Shown: piece by piece, positions 49,201 through 60,160 of the stretch
How the letters are laid out: each line of letters starts with the position of its first letter
How positions within the stretch are numbered: the stretch's first letter is position 1
DNA from: Mytilus californianus
Taxonomy: Eukaryota
Reading direction: 5' to 3'
Assembly (NCBI RefSeq): GCF_021869535.1
Contig: NW_026262604.1
Span: forward strand, 18,786,001 to 18,850,000
Length of the DNA stretch: 64,000 nt
The notes under the pieces: model-generated
What the model was told of the DNA's origin: nothing
The model's input: the letters and a program-made list of their open reading frames with translations, nothing else
Database searches by the model: none
Translations under genes and position numbers: made by a program

Positions 49201-52200
49201 TTAGAAAAATGTCGATACCCAGCTGATATCTGAAACTACAACATTTTTATCAAGGCTGCATGCAGGTAAAAAAATAAACCTGTGAGAGACAGAATTCCGT
49301 GCTCATACCGTAAAAAAACACGCCATAACTATGCCAGGAAGTTAACATAATGCCATAGAAAGACATCTATAGCATAAAATTGAGAATGAAAATTGGGAAT
49401 GTGTCAAAGAGACAACAACCCGACCATAGAACAGACAACAGCAGAAGGTCACCAACAGGTCTTCAATGCAGCGAGAAATTCCCGCACCCGGAGGCGTCCT
49501 TCAGCTGGCCCCTAAACAAATATATATACTAGTTCAGTGATAATGAACGCCATACTAAACTCCAAATTGTACACAAGAAACTAAAATTAAAAATAATACA
49601 AGACTGACAAAGGCTAGAGGCTCCTGACTTGGGACAGGCGCAAAAATGCGGCGGGGTTAAACATGTTTATGAGATCTCAACCCTCCCCCATTACCTCTAG
49701 CCAATGTAGAAAAGTAAACGCATAACAATACGCACATTAAAATTCAGTTCAAGAGAAGTCCGAGTCTGATGTCAGAAGATGTAACCAAAGAAAATAAACA
49801 AAATGACAATAATACATAAATAACAACAGACTACTAGCAGTTAACTGACATGCCAGCTCCAGACTTCAATTAAACTGATTGAAAGATTATGTCTTCATCA
49901 TATATTATTTTTGCGTTGTAGAAACTATTTTGTATATATGCAATCTCCGCTAGGGGTTGAATCAAAAAGTTAACAAAGTTCAAAATTATTTAATTTATCA
50001 CATAAAGCACATACATGTAGCATATCACATTTCTGACTAATTCATGAGAGATTTTCCTAAGTTAAATGTGCAATTGTGCCTATATCACACTAAACCTTTG
50101 CGAAAGACGAAGAGTTAGCACTTGGTATGCTAATGAATATCCTTTATTCAAGAGTCACTGATAAGATGTATAGACGAAACGCGCGTCTGGCTTGGAAAAT
50201 ATTATGAGCCTTATCCTTTGATAAGTATTTACTTTAGGCCTAACACAGTGCCATATTCTGTTCGATGTCAATAATTTGCAAACTAGTATATTTCCTTTGT
50301 CTACATGAAAGAAATTTAAGCGTGCGTAACTTTGCAACATATAGACTCTTATAAATAATTATCACATAACTCTTTCAAATCCTGCAATCAAAATACCGGG
50401 GCCCTTCCTCATGCAGTGTATAACTAAGTTAGGGTACATGTATGCTTTGTTTATTTAATGCGAAGTTAACCGGAAAAATCTGTTTCAAAAATCAGACGAC
50501 AAGACCGTTTATATATATACGACCGTTTATATATATATATAATTCTTTAAAAAAATGAGAAACATAATATTTTTGTAACTTGCAACTCGAGTTTCGTAAC
50601 TCGCAACTCGACTTTCGTTACTCGCAACTGTCCCTTCGTAACTCGCAACTCGACTTTCTTAACTCGCAACTCGACTTTTTTAACTCGCAACTCGGCCTTT
50701 TCAACTAGCAACTTGCAACTCGACGATAAGAAACCCTCGTATGAGCGTGAGCTGTGTGAACGGAAGTGAATCTACTTTGTAAACAGAATAGTGGTACATG
50801 ATATATAATTTTATGTAGTCGCTGCTCTAAATTATATATTTGCCTCATTTTGTAGAGAAAAATAACACCGATGTATGTCACAGTTCCGAAAGCGACCATA
50901 ACCCTGGACCATTCCTCCCGTTATTACAGGAAATAAAGAATGCAACTCTTAGAGAAAACGTGAAGCTATCCGCAGGTATGTGTACATGTATTTTTATAAA
51001 ATATGTCTTACAATCGCAGTTTAAACACATGTTATTTCTAATTGATAGGTTATGGAACTCTTTTTTGATTTTTTAAAAATGGCGAGAAAAGGCTTACTCG
51101 GACTTTTATCATGTATTTAGCAGTGGCATTATTTGGGTATCAAATCGTAAGAAAAAGAAATCTAGAATCTGTTAAAATTTTGGTAATGAACTTTTATGAG
51201 CTATTGAAGTCTTCTATGAAAAGAATAGCGGGTGATATGGGGCAAAATATGTTACCCTATATCGTAGGAAAAAACCCAAGGAGTCCAAACATCTGACAAA
51301 AATTCATAAACCTGACCCGGTTACATTCTTAAGAGCAGAATATAGGTATGTAAAATGAACATTATAAGAAAACGGTATGTTTGTAGATATTAATGATCAA
51401 TAAATTTTGAACCCTTTCAACAGATGATCGATTTTATAGTCGTTTTGTATGTAAATATTCCCTGCACTATTGGTTAAATTTTGGGGTTGTTTTTCTGACT
51501 TATTTGGTCCAGGAAAACAAATAACTCATTATATAGTACAGTAACTTAGCATTTAATTTTGATATAGTCTTTTATGTATGGTTTTGTGGAATGCTATTTT
51601 TTGTGTTCTATTTACTTTGATTCATTGTTCTATTTGCCTTCTATCAAAAGAGGGGCGAAAGATACCAGAGGGACATTCAAACTCATATGTCGAAAATAAA
51701 CAGACAATGCCATGGCTAAAAAAGAAAAATCCAACAGACAAACAATAGTACACAAAACACAACATAGAAAACTAAAGCCTGAGCAACACGAACCCCATCA
51801 AAACTGAAGGTGATCTCAGGTGCTTCCGAAGGGTAAGCAGATCCTGCTCCACACGTGGAACCCGTTGTGTCAACTTATGGTATATGATTCATCCTTTGAG
51901 ATATCCATACTTTGTATGTTGATCCAGTAGCTTTTACATTTTATTATTAGGATCACCTTGTAACAATTATAGAGGTTACTGTGACACATTTCAACGTTGC
52001 CAGGACGTAGTTGAAAAGACAAACAACTCTGCAGAATCAATCACGGATACAAAATGTTGGAACCTTGTAAGTACTTAACCCGAATAAATCAGTCGTTAGG
52101 CCACACCAATTTGATTAATAGTTCTTTGGATTTTCCCGCTCCTGTTTTGGAGAAATTGACTTTTCAATAAAAAAAAATAATTACCGCTTCCGCAAATGTT

Positions 52201-54970
52201 TGGGCCGCATGCCGCTCCAAATTTAGTTTCTCTTTGAATTTTTTTTTCACATAGACGTTTTTATTGCTCCGATCGATTCAAATGCACGTGTGGTAAATCA
52301 AATTGCAAATAAAAGGTAAAAAATCGGGATGCCAACATGCAGTTGTGTCAGCTCATTGCCGTGGAGAGGTAGTTACTGAACACACAGTTATCCGAAATGC
52401 ATCTCGTTTTATCTATGAAGACCTGTTCTAGGAGACAAATATTAAAAATTTGTCTGTATTCAGATGACCATGCACGATTATATTAATGTTCGTTAGAACC
52501 ATCGTCATCCCCAATCATTGTTTCAACAGACATAGACCTGAATCTGAATAAGTACGTTGCAAAGCCATGATATGGCATCAATGGCAACGGAAAAAAGGCG
52601 ATGGAAAATTAGTCCCACGATGTGAGAGCAACCGAAGTTTTACAGCTATCAATTGTCTTGGCACACACGAGATTGTTTGGTAGTCTATTCCAATAAAACA
52701 TTGTTCTTACAAAGAATGACTGTTTATATTGACTCTATGTTGTTCAGATTTGCTACGTGGAATTTTGAAACACCGGCTGCTAATATGTACAAATTTATCT
52801 ACAATGCTTTTTATTTTATAGACGTATCTATCTTTGATGAAAATAATATTGAATTCCCATGAATTTTAGAAAAAATCACAGATTTATCTTATTTTGATGA
52901 AACCCCATGGCCATATGTCCTTGTTAGTCTATTGGTATGCAAGCAGAACTCTTTTGTAAGGGAAAATTTAACAGTTCCAACGTTCGAGACCAAAGAGGTG
53001 GTATTGTGATTGGCATGCTCATAATAATTAGGGATGTGTAATTGGTTCAACCACTTCTAGTCAAGCTAAAGAGTTTAAAATGCATTGCAGCCTTTAGGAG
53101 CAAAATGAAAGAGTATTTTGCTGTCAGAATAATGCATGTGAATGTGGTGACAGGTATACGTATTTTAAGGGAATATTTTCATACATTGAGATCTACATGC
53201 ATAACAATATAACTATCTTACTCATGATGTTGTTGAAATATTCACCTCATTCATTATGTTGATCATTAGTAGGTATGGATAAATAGTTCCAAGTGGACAT
53301 CAAGCAGCCAATAAACAATCATTACCATATATTGATATTTTTGGAGCTTTTGTCCGAAGAACTACAAATCAAATTTGTGTGGCCAATACATTCCGCTGCT
53401 CTACGATGGCTGAATGCATAGACAATGAAAAATCGTTGTCAATCATTCATTCGGAATAAACTCGGAATTTACTTATCTCGATAAAATGGAACTGACTGCC
53501 GATTGGTCAACTCTCCCATAGGGCACCAATCCAAATTCAGTATTCGCGAAGAGTTTTTATCATGTTTGGACTTCAGGCCTTCGCAAAAAGGAGAGATCGA
53601 TTACGGGGAGGGATTGAAATATTCGGGTTATTAAATTCTATTTCTATTGAGAGTAACATGCTGAATCGAAATGTGTTTGATGTCTTATTATTAGTATTTG
53701 AATATAATTTGTACATACAAAGAGCACAGTTTTAAAGTAGTTTTTGGCAAAAAATAAAAAAAGAAAAACACCTGATTTACCCTAACTGACAACATGCTTT
53801 GTATAGACGATGATATAATTGGTTGTTATCTTACAATACAACATCTTACACAACGTCATACACTTTTTATATCGTCTAGATATAAACGGTTAGTGTAAAG
53901 GATGCTCCTGGGTGCATGAATCACACTGATCAGCGCGCGATCTTCGTGAAATCTCATATTAAAGCTTTGTTACGTCATAAAATTTGACCTAAATTTATCA
54001 GGATTTCTTTAACCTCCACGGTGGTCTCGTGGTAGCGTGTTTGCATCGAGTGCGGGAGATCGTGGTTTCGAACCCCGGCCAGTTCAAATCATAGACTTTA
54101 AAAATGGTATTAGCTGCTCCTCCGCAATAAGGAGTAGTCGCCTCGGAGTCAGAATAAATTGTGTCCGGGTAGGGTGGCATGTCTTTTTGCGAACTGTTAA
54201 CTTGTGAAATAGCGCAATAAAAATCCGGCTCGACCAGGTAAACTTTTCATGGGGTAGAAAATTCTTACTATTTCGAAAAATAAGTTTGGTAAAAAGTTAA
54301 TTTATAAATGTGATAAATGTGACCATATCAATTCAATGATATTTCATGTCATCACAAATGCTGGCTTCTTGGGACGGCGAAAACCTCGGGGATGAAACTT
54401 TCGACAGCAGTTACATCGACCCAGAAGATGTAAAATAATCATCAAAATAACGAGCTATAAATTTTGTACGCCATCCGGCCGCGCATTTCTTCTGATTTAC
54501 AAGTTTTTGTCGCGGTTTAAGCAATGAGTACTTAACATATTTAGAGTGTAGTTATTATGTGATTGACACTGCATTATGAGACGACAGTTTGATATTTGAG
54601 GGCAGTAGTATTTTGATAATATATAACACGACATTACTATTGGCAAACATAAAACATCCTTTCAACGGAAGCTTGATTTCATCTGCAAGTCATTACTTTG
54701 TTAGGCCTTTTAATTCTTTTATGTCGAGCGACATTGACGAGTTCTTTGCAGATAGCTCAAGAAGCGGTTCACCTATCCACTAAAGATAAACAAATATGTA
54801 ATGGCATATCTATGACAGTTAATGTTAACTATACATATTAGAATCAAAGGTTTAAATATTTACTTTTCTAATATAGTTTTCATTCCTTTACCTTTTATCA
54901 GTTTTCTTAATATTTTTTTTTTCAGAAACATTGGTTGATTGTTCTGCTAATAGCTAAAGGACTGATTTAG
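25291..54970 (+). CDS. ADAM10: ADAM10/Kuzbanian-like disintegrin-metalloprotease paralog, predicted catalytically inactive (possibly a young pseudogene). Exons 25291-25351, 25629-25767, 26403-26512, 27498-27681, 29483-29588, 30232-30387, 31416-31562, 36676-36868, 37597-37769, 38661-38859, (41698 or 41831)-41932, 45889-45973, 47067-47196, 50856-50975, 51951-52066, 54926-54970
   Basis: Signal-peptide-like exon [20 protein letters not shown]. Prodomain motifs [27 protein letters not shown] and [10 protein letters not shown]. Furin site RHKR, then [53 protein letters not shown] Met-turn, [36 protein letters not shown] and KHWLIVLL. Splice phases match at every junction except 38859->41831. Confidence 0.85.
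26231..26272 (+). ncRNA. Degenerate minimal hammerhead motif within a dispersed repeat (~26140-26380)
   Basis: ATCA-CTGAAGA-GGCATTTATTGGC-GAAA-TGCGGA-TC-CGGT. Same family as 46125-46166. Confidence 0.45.
28085..28566 (+). mobile_element. PIF/Harbinger remnant: transposase fragment plus right end
   Basis: 28149-28256 translates [36 protein letters not shown] (DDE_Tnp_4-like motif). Ends ...tagtgtgacgggggct followed by TTA, a Harbinger-type target. Confidence 0.7.
30511..30859. mobile_element. Degenerate Kolobok-like MITE in ADAM intron 6
   Basis: Homologous to 9452-9814; right end agtagcgaaaatcc; TTAA on the left flank. Confidence 0.55.
31685..33058 (+). mobile_element. Degraded Penelope-like RT fragments plus a hammerhead-bearing pLTR
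   Basis: [10 protein letters not shown]-, [16 protein letters not shown]- and [12 protein letters not shown]-like fragments with frameshifts. Mutated hammerhead cores at ~32195 and 32985-33025. Confidence 0.7.
33430..35635 (-). mobile_element. 5'-truncated Penelope-like retroelement with C-terminal RT and a 3' pLTR carrying a hammerhead motif
   Basis: [72 protein letters not shown]. One frameshift (~35224) and one TGA (35054-35056). RT ends at 34421 with no downstream GIY-YIG in frame. pLTR at 33430-33655. Confidence 0.85.
39885..40515. mobile_element. Dispersed repeat, probably the 3' region of another Penelope-like family
   Basis: Ends ...gagagttgtctcattggcaatcatacc..tcttcttttt. Partial related copies at ~19430-19620, ~22400-22480, ~46660-46800 and ~46980-47040. 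Confidence 0.55.
42661..43280. mobile_element. Non-autonomous Kolobok-like DNA transposon (620 bp)
   Basis: Perfect 18-bp TIRs GGGCATACGATACAGTTT / AAACTGTATCGTATGCCC with TTAA on both flanks. Confidence 0.85.
44441..45727. mobile_element. TA-flanked non-autonomous DNA transposon (~1.29 kb)
   Basis: TIRs GAGGGTGGTAAAGGG / CCCTTTACCACCCTC, TA on both flanks, and repeated subterminal ttttcgtgcaa motifs. Confidence 0.7.
46125..46166 (+). ncRNA. Minimal type I hammerhead ribozyme, near-intact
   Basis: CATCA-CTGAAGA-AACAATAATTGTC-GAAA-TCCGGA-TA-TGGTG. Stem I pairs CATCA/TGGTG and stem III is palindromic; only the 10.1-11.1 pair is mismatched. Confidence 0.6.
47826..50739. mobile_element. Foldback-like element with inverted arrays of 21-bp units; a PLE 3' repeat is nested at ~49375-49900
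   Basis: Left array (cgagttgcgagttacgaaagt)n at ~47855-48045; right array (aactcgcaactcgactttcgt)n at ~50577-50722. TA flanks at 47824-47825 and 50740-50741; right end reads TA-CGAGGG on the minus strand. Confidence 0.7.
54012..54230 (+). mobile_element. tRNA-derived SINE
   Basis: A-box-like GGTGGTCTCGTGG, B-box-like GGTTTCGAACC, then a body (gactttaaaaatggtattagctgctcctcc...ctcggagtcagaat) shared with decayed copies at ~53040-53260 and ~59850-60160. Confidence 0.65.
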
Positions 54971-55055
54971 TTTCAAGTGTTTTTTGTACTTAGGCGATGA
55001 CTTACAACTTATCTTTCTAACGTCTTTTTGCTTTCCGTGTTGCATTTTTGGCTTT

Positions 55056-58000
55056 TGTTATGCGGGAAAGAGGGGGCAGGACAGACTAAGGCCGTTGCCT
55101 CCCCTTTCCCGTTGAAGGTTTAAGTGTCGTCACTCTGCTGTTTACATATCTGTGTTCACTATTTTAACTACGACAATTTGGGGGACTGTCGTTCGCGTTC
55201 TTTCGAGGCCTCCTGGTGAATAAAACAAAGATGTCTATATATGTTTATTTCGAGTCCAACCATAAGAGTAATTTAATCAAAATACATTAATATGAAATAA
55301 AAGAGTTTGATTCTTAAAATGAACTTGAATTAACAATTATCAAAATACTTCATTAATTAATTAAAATAGTTTATTATGATATTTATGGTAACGTTAATAA
55401 AGAAAGATTTCTGTTATAAAATAGTTACATTAAAAGATTAATAAGGTTACGTTATATTTTTCATTAAACAAATTTATAAGTTTACGAACCTGGTGAATAA
55501 AACAAAGATGTCTATATATGTTTATTTCGAGTCCAACCATAAGAGTAATGTTTGATTCCTTAGGGTTTCCTATTTTAAACCCTAAGAACACGTGCTGGTT
55601 GGACTTGTTTTATTCACCAATCAAAATGACTTTTAGAATACTTATTTTTATAAGAACAGTTTCTATTGGTTAGATCTCTTTTACCTTATTCACATTTTTA
55701 CATAATTTGGGGTTACTATTTTTAATTACTAAATACCTTGTTTTTATGACCATTAGGGAAATCCGATTATTTTGGTTAGATAGAATTCTATGTGAACAAT
55801 AGAAAAGAATTAATATATTTGCTAAAGGAAATACTTCTAAGAGTTTAAGCTGTCAAACCTTATTTATATCGCTAAGTGTCAAATAGGAAGAATTTCACAT
55901 CAGATACTTATATATCAAAAAGTTACATAACATTATAGACTTTCTAATTATATCTTTTTATACAAAAAGCTTTATACAAGAATTATTTATTTTCTACAAT
56001 TACATGTAAGATTAACTTAGTTTTATATGAAATATTAAAATTTATTTCTTTAAATATTTTACCTCAATTTACCATCATTATATATCCCTGTTGTTCGAAG
56101 AAATTGCTCCGCAATTTTACATTCGAATTTATTTCTTTTTAAACTTGTTTTTATTTTAAAAACGATTTTATTTAAGATACTTTCTTGACTGGATTTGACT
56201 ATATGGCTTAGTGTTTTATGATCCGTTGATATTGTATTATATCGGTTAGACAAGTTGTTATGACTAAGATGACTTATTGCGTTTTAGATATTCTTATTCT
56301 GTTCTTGGGTTGTTTTTTTTTATTAATAAAACAATTTTGTCTTGAATGTTTTACATTTACAGATCTTTTTATTCTTTATTGTAAGAGCGTTGGTGGTTTT
56401 TTTTTATTATCATTATTATTTTCGTTTCTCTATTTCTTATATGTGGTACGCCCACTTTTCTTGGAGGTCTACTCGAACTCCAAACATACCCGAGTCATTT
56501 CCTCTCTCTGGAGTATGCTCATATTTTTTTGGGTACTTTGCTCCGACTCCAGAACTACTGCAGATCAGACCCTCATTTTTATATTATACTACTTTAGTCG
56601 AATTTGTTGTTTGTTTTACAATGGATAGTTTTCTAAAACATTTGATTACAGTTAAGATTTTACATTTATGGATCAAGATTTGCCTATGCAAGCATACATT
56701 ATGTTTGCTTTAATCAAGGTTTTACATGATGACTAGCTAGGTCAACATATTTAGCACTAATTTAATTAGTATACGCGAACTACTAATTCTTATGATTAAA
56801 CTAACATTAAATTCTTACATACGGGAACCTTAAAACACATGTTTACTCAACACTTTATCGTAATCGCTATAGAACCATTCAAACTTAAACAATCAACCAA
56901 CATTTATTTATTTTTACACGTGCATTTCTCTTTAAATTACTACTAGTAATTATTTATTTCTCTATATTTGTTCCTTCTATGACACGTTGCCTAACCTCGG
57001 CATTTTCTTCTGTTTTTAGGTCATTAAACAACCAACCTCTTCTTACAGATTTTATTTTTTTATGTACTTTTCTCTTTTGAAGGTTAAAGTTTAAGGCATT
57101 ATTTTACGATTCTCATATAAACAAGGGCATTTCTTTCTACTCTTTGAAGTTAAATGAATTTGAACCGCCTGAACGTTAACTTCTAAGATATATTACATTT
57201 CAATATAGTTACTCTAAGTTACTTTTTGTATTTTTCTATTCAGAAAACTATAAATATTTTACTAATCATCTCATATTTCTTTATTATTTTTTTTTACATC
57301 AATCAGCATCATTTTAGTATCTTATTTGCCATTTATAGTCTTCCAAATTAAATGTTATCTTTTTATCAGCATTTTTAATAAAGATATTTAGGTACTTAAA
57401 TATAATAATTCATATATAATCGTTTATCTCAATTTAGACATTTTTTTTTTCAAGTTTAGCTTTATCAATGACTCCATATTTAATTTAACCTTAATTCTTA
57501 CATTGATTTTTTTTTTTTACTTACTTTAACTTATACTTTCTATCTTATCTTTTTTTCTTTTGAACTATTCGTTATTTAATCGGTTTTAGCTTTAACTTAA
57601 ACTTATTTGCTATTTTCTCTATTTTAACTTTAACTTAAACTTATTTGCTATTCGATTTATTTTTAACATTAACTTTAACTTACTTGCTATCTAAGAAACA
57701 TTTTTTTTTTTAACCATAGAACATATATACAATATATACACAAATTGTGAAACAATATAGTTAATTTAAAAGTCCACTGTTTAAAATAAAACTACGTCCA
57801 AAATTTAGTTCCGTCATGGGCCACATTTCTCCGTTCTCCGTTTTGCGTATTCCTTTCTCCATTCTCCTTTCTCCATTCTCCTTTCTCCGTACTCCTTTCT
57901 CTGTTCTCCTTTCTCCATACTCCTTTCTTTATCCGTTCTGTGTTCTCCTTTCTCCGTTCTCTTTTCTTTGTTCTTCTTTCTCCTTTAGAATATGTATCAC

Positions 58001-59124
58001 GCAATTCTTTTTCTTTTCGAATTTCAAGAACACTAGTCTTCGGGAAACTACTCGCTTTACAGGTACCGTGGATCTTTCCACTTGCCTCCACCATTTCTGT
58101 TATGCGGGAAAGAGGGGGCAGGACAGACTAAGGCAGTTGCCTCCCCTCTCCCGCTGAAGGTAAAAGTGTCGTCACTCTGCTGTTTACATATCTGTGTTCA
58201 CTATTTTAACTACGACAATTTGGGGGACTGTCGTTCGCGTTCTTTCGAGGCCTCCTGGTGAATAAAACAAAGATGTCTATATATGTTTATTTCGAGTCCA
58301 ACCATAAGAGTAATTTAATCAAAATACATTAATATGAAATAAAAGAGTTTGATTCTTAAAATGAACTTGAATTAACAATTATCAAAATACTTCATTAATT
58401 AATTAAAATAGTTTATTATGATATTTATGGTAACGTTAATAAAGAAAGATTTCTGTTATAAAATAGTTACATTAAAAGATTAATAAGGTTACGTTATATT
58501 TTTCATTAAACAAATTTATAAGTTTACGAACCTGGTGAATAAAACAAAGATGTCTATATATGTTTATTTCGAGTCCAACCATAAGAGTAATGTTTGATTC
58601 CTTAGGGTTTCCTATTTTAAACCCTAAGAACACGTGCTGGTTGGACTTGTTTTATTCACCAATCAAAATGACTTTTAGAATACTTATTTTTATAAGAACA
58701 GTTTCTATTGGTTAGATCTCTTTTACCTTATTCACATTTTTACATAATTTGGGGTTACTATTTTTAATTACTAAATACCTTGTTTTTATGACCATTAGGG
58801 AAATCCGATTATTTTGGTTAGATAGAATTCTATGTGAACAATAGAAAAGAATTAATATATTTGCTAAAGGAAATACTTCTAAGAGTTTAAGCTGTCAAAC
58901 CTTATTTATATCGCTAAGTGTCAAATAGGAAGAATTTCACATCAAATACTTATATATCAAAAAGTTACATAACATTATAGACTTTCTAATTATATCTTTT
59001 TATACAAAAAGCTTTATACAAGAATTATTTATTTTCTACAATTACATGTAAGATTAACTTAGTTTTATATGAAATATTAAAATTTATGTCTTTAAATATT
59101 TTACCTCAATTTACCATCATTATA
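55056..59124 (-). mobile_element. Young non-autonomous LTR retrotransposon (two 1027-bp LTRs, 2015-bp non-coding interior)
   Basis: Direct repeats 55056-56082 and 58098-59124. 4-bp TSD CTTT (55052-55055, 59125-59128). On the minus strand TGGTGGAGGC (PBS-like, tRNA-Ala) starts 4 nt after the LTR. No gag/pol ORF seen. Confidence 0.8.
57826..57995. repeat. 7-bp tandem array (ttctcc[g/t/a]) inside the LTR element interior
   Basis: Directly visible. It explains ORFs 57792-58094 and 57816-58157. Confidence 0.8.
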
Positions 59125-59849
59125 CTTTCCTAATGTTTAGTATTCGGTTTTTGCAGTAACTGTTGTTAAAATCAAAGTTAATTATATGCATGTACGACAT
59201 TAAAACAATTTACCTAACATTGTTGTTTATAATAATTATAGCATACTATATATTTTCGACATTTAAGAGAATAGTTATGAGATTTTGCCAAGTCAGAATT
59301 TCAACAAAATTTCACGCACTTCATTTTGTTTGTGTTGGAAAAAGTAGCAAGCATATTCGTTAACATCAGGGCCTGCAGTAAAATCAACATACTTAGTATA
59401 GATGATGTGATCTTTCATTGTTTTGGTAACTTTGCTGATCGTTTCTATCTACATATAATGAAACGGTATGACTTTTCACATCCGAACTAGTTGTAAAAAG
59501 TATAAAAATCAAATGTATTGGGTCGATGGTTTTATTGTACGTCGTCCGACTAGTCTTATTCTAGAAAAAGAAACATGTCAATACACACGAATAGCTAGAT
59601 ATAACTTAACTGACCTCCTTTCATTATTTAACCACAATTTAAATAATAATTAGCTATTTAAAAGTTATCAGTTAAAAACAGTTAGTTAACACTTACATCG
59701 CCTAACTTAAACACTCAAGTGACTTTGAAAATGCACCATGGCTACAACAGATTTTGGGTTTAATCATTCAATTTAAATGTTTACTAGTTTAACCAATATG
59801 CAATTTGTTTTCTGTCTGGATGGTGTGGTGGGTGTTATCGTCCCCTGTA

Positions 59850-60160
59850 AGTTGGGTCATGGATTCAATCGACGGTTGATTTGAACCTTGATTTGTAAAT
59901 TGATATATGCTGCTCCTGCATGAAGTACGCACCATTTAGGAGTGATATCACTGCATGTGGCTCGGAGTCAGAATTATGTGTGTGTGAAGGTGACATGTGT
60001 CTGCAGACCGCTTCTTTAAGAGCTAGCACGTTTAAATTCCGACTGGATGTTTGTATTTTATACAAAGAAGAATATATTCATTTCTCGTTAACAGATTTTC
60101 CTGAAATGGATGTAATTATTAATTGCTGCTGAATTATCGTTAAACGGCAACCAAGTCAAT
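59850..60160 (+). mobile_element. Decayed SINE body
   Basis: gcaccatttaggagtg...tggctcggagtcagaattatgtgtg...gacatgtgtc...gagctagcac, similar to 54012-54230. Confidence 0.5.

Noticed and set aside
52975-53041. Candidate ADAM transmembrane exon ([11 protein letters not shown])
   Set aside because: The hydrophobic frame is out of phase with the preceding exon, it abuts a decayed SINE, and 54926 gives a much better HW-containing match in phase 0.
57792-58157. ORFs starting at the PBS as a possible gag
   Set aside because: Mostly translation of a 7-bp tandem array, with no zinc knuckle or capsid-like motif.
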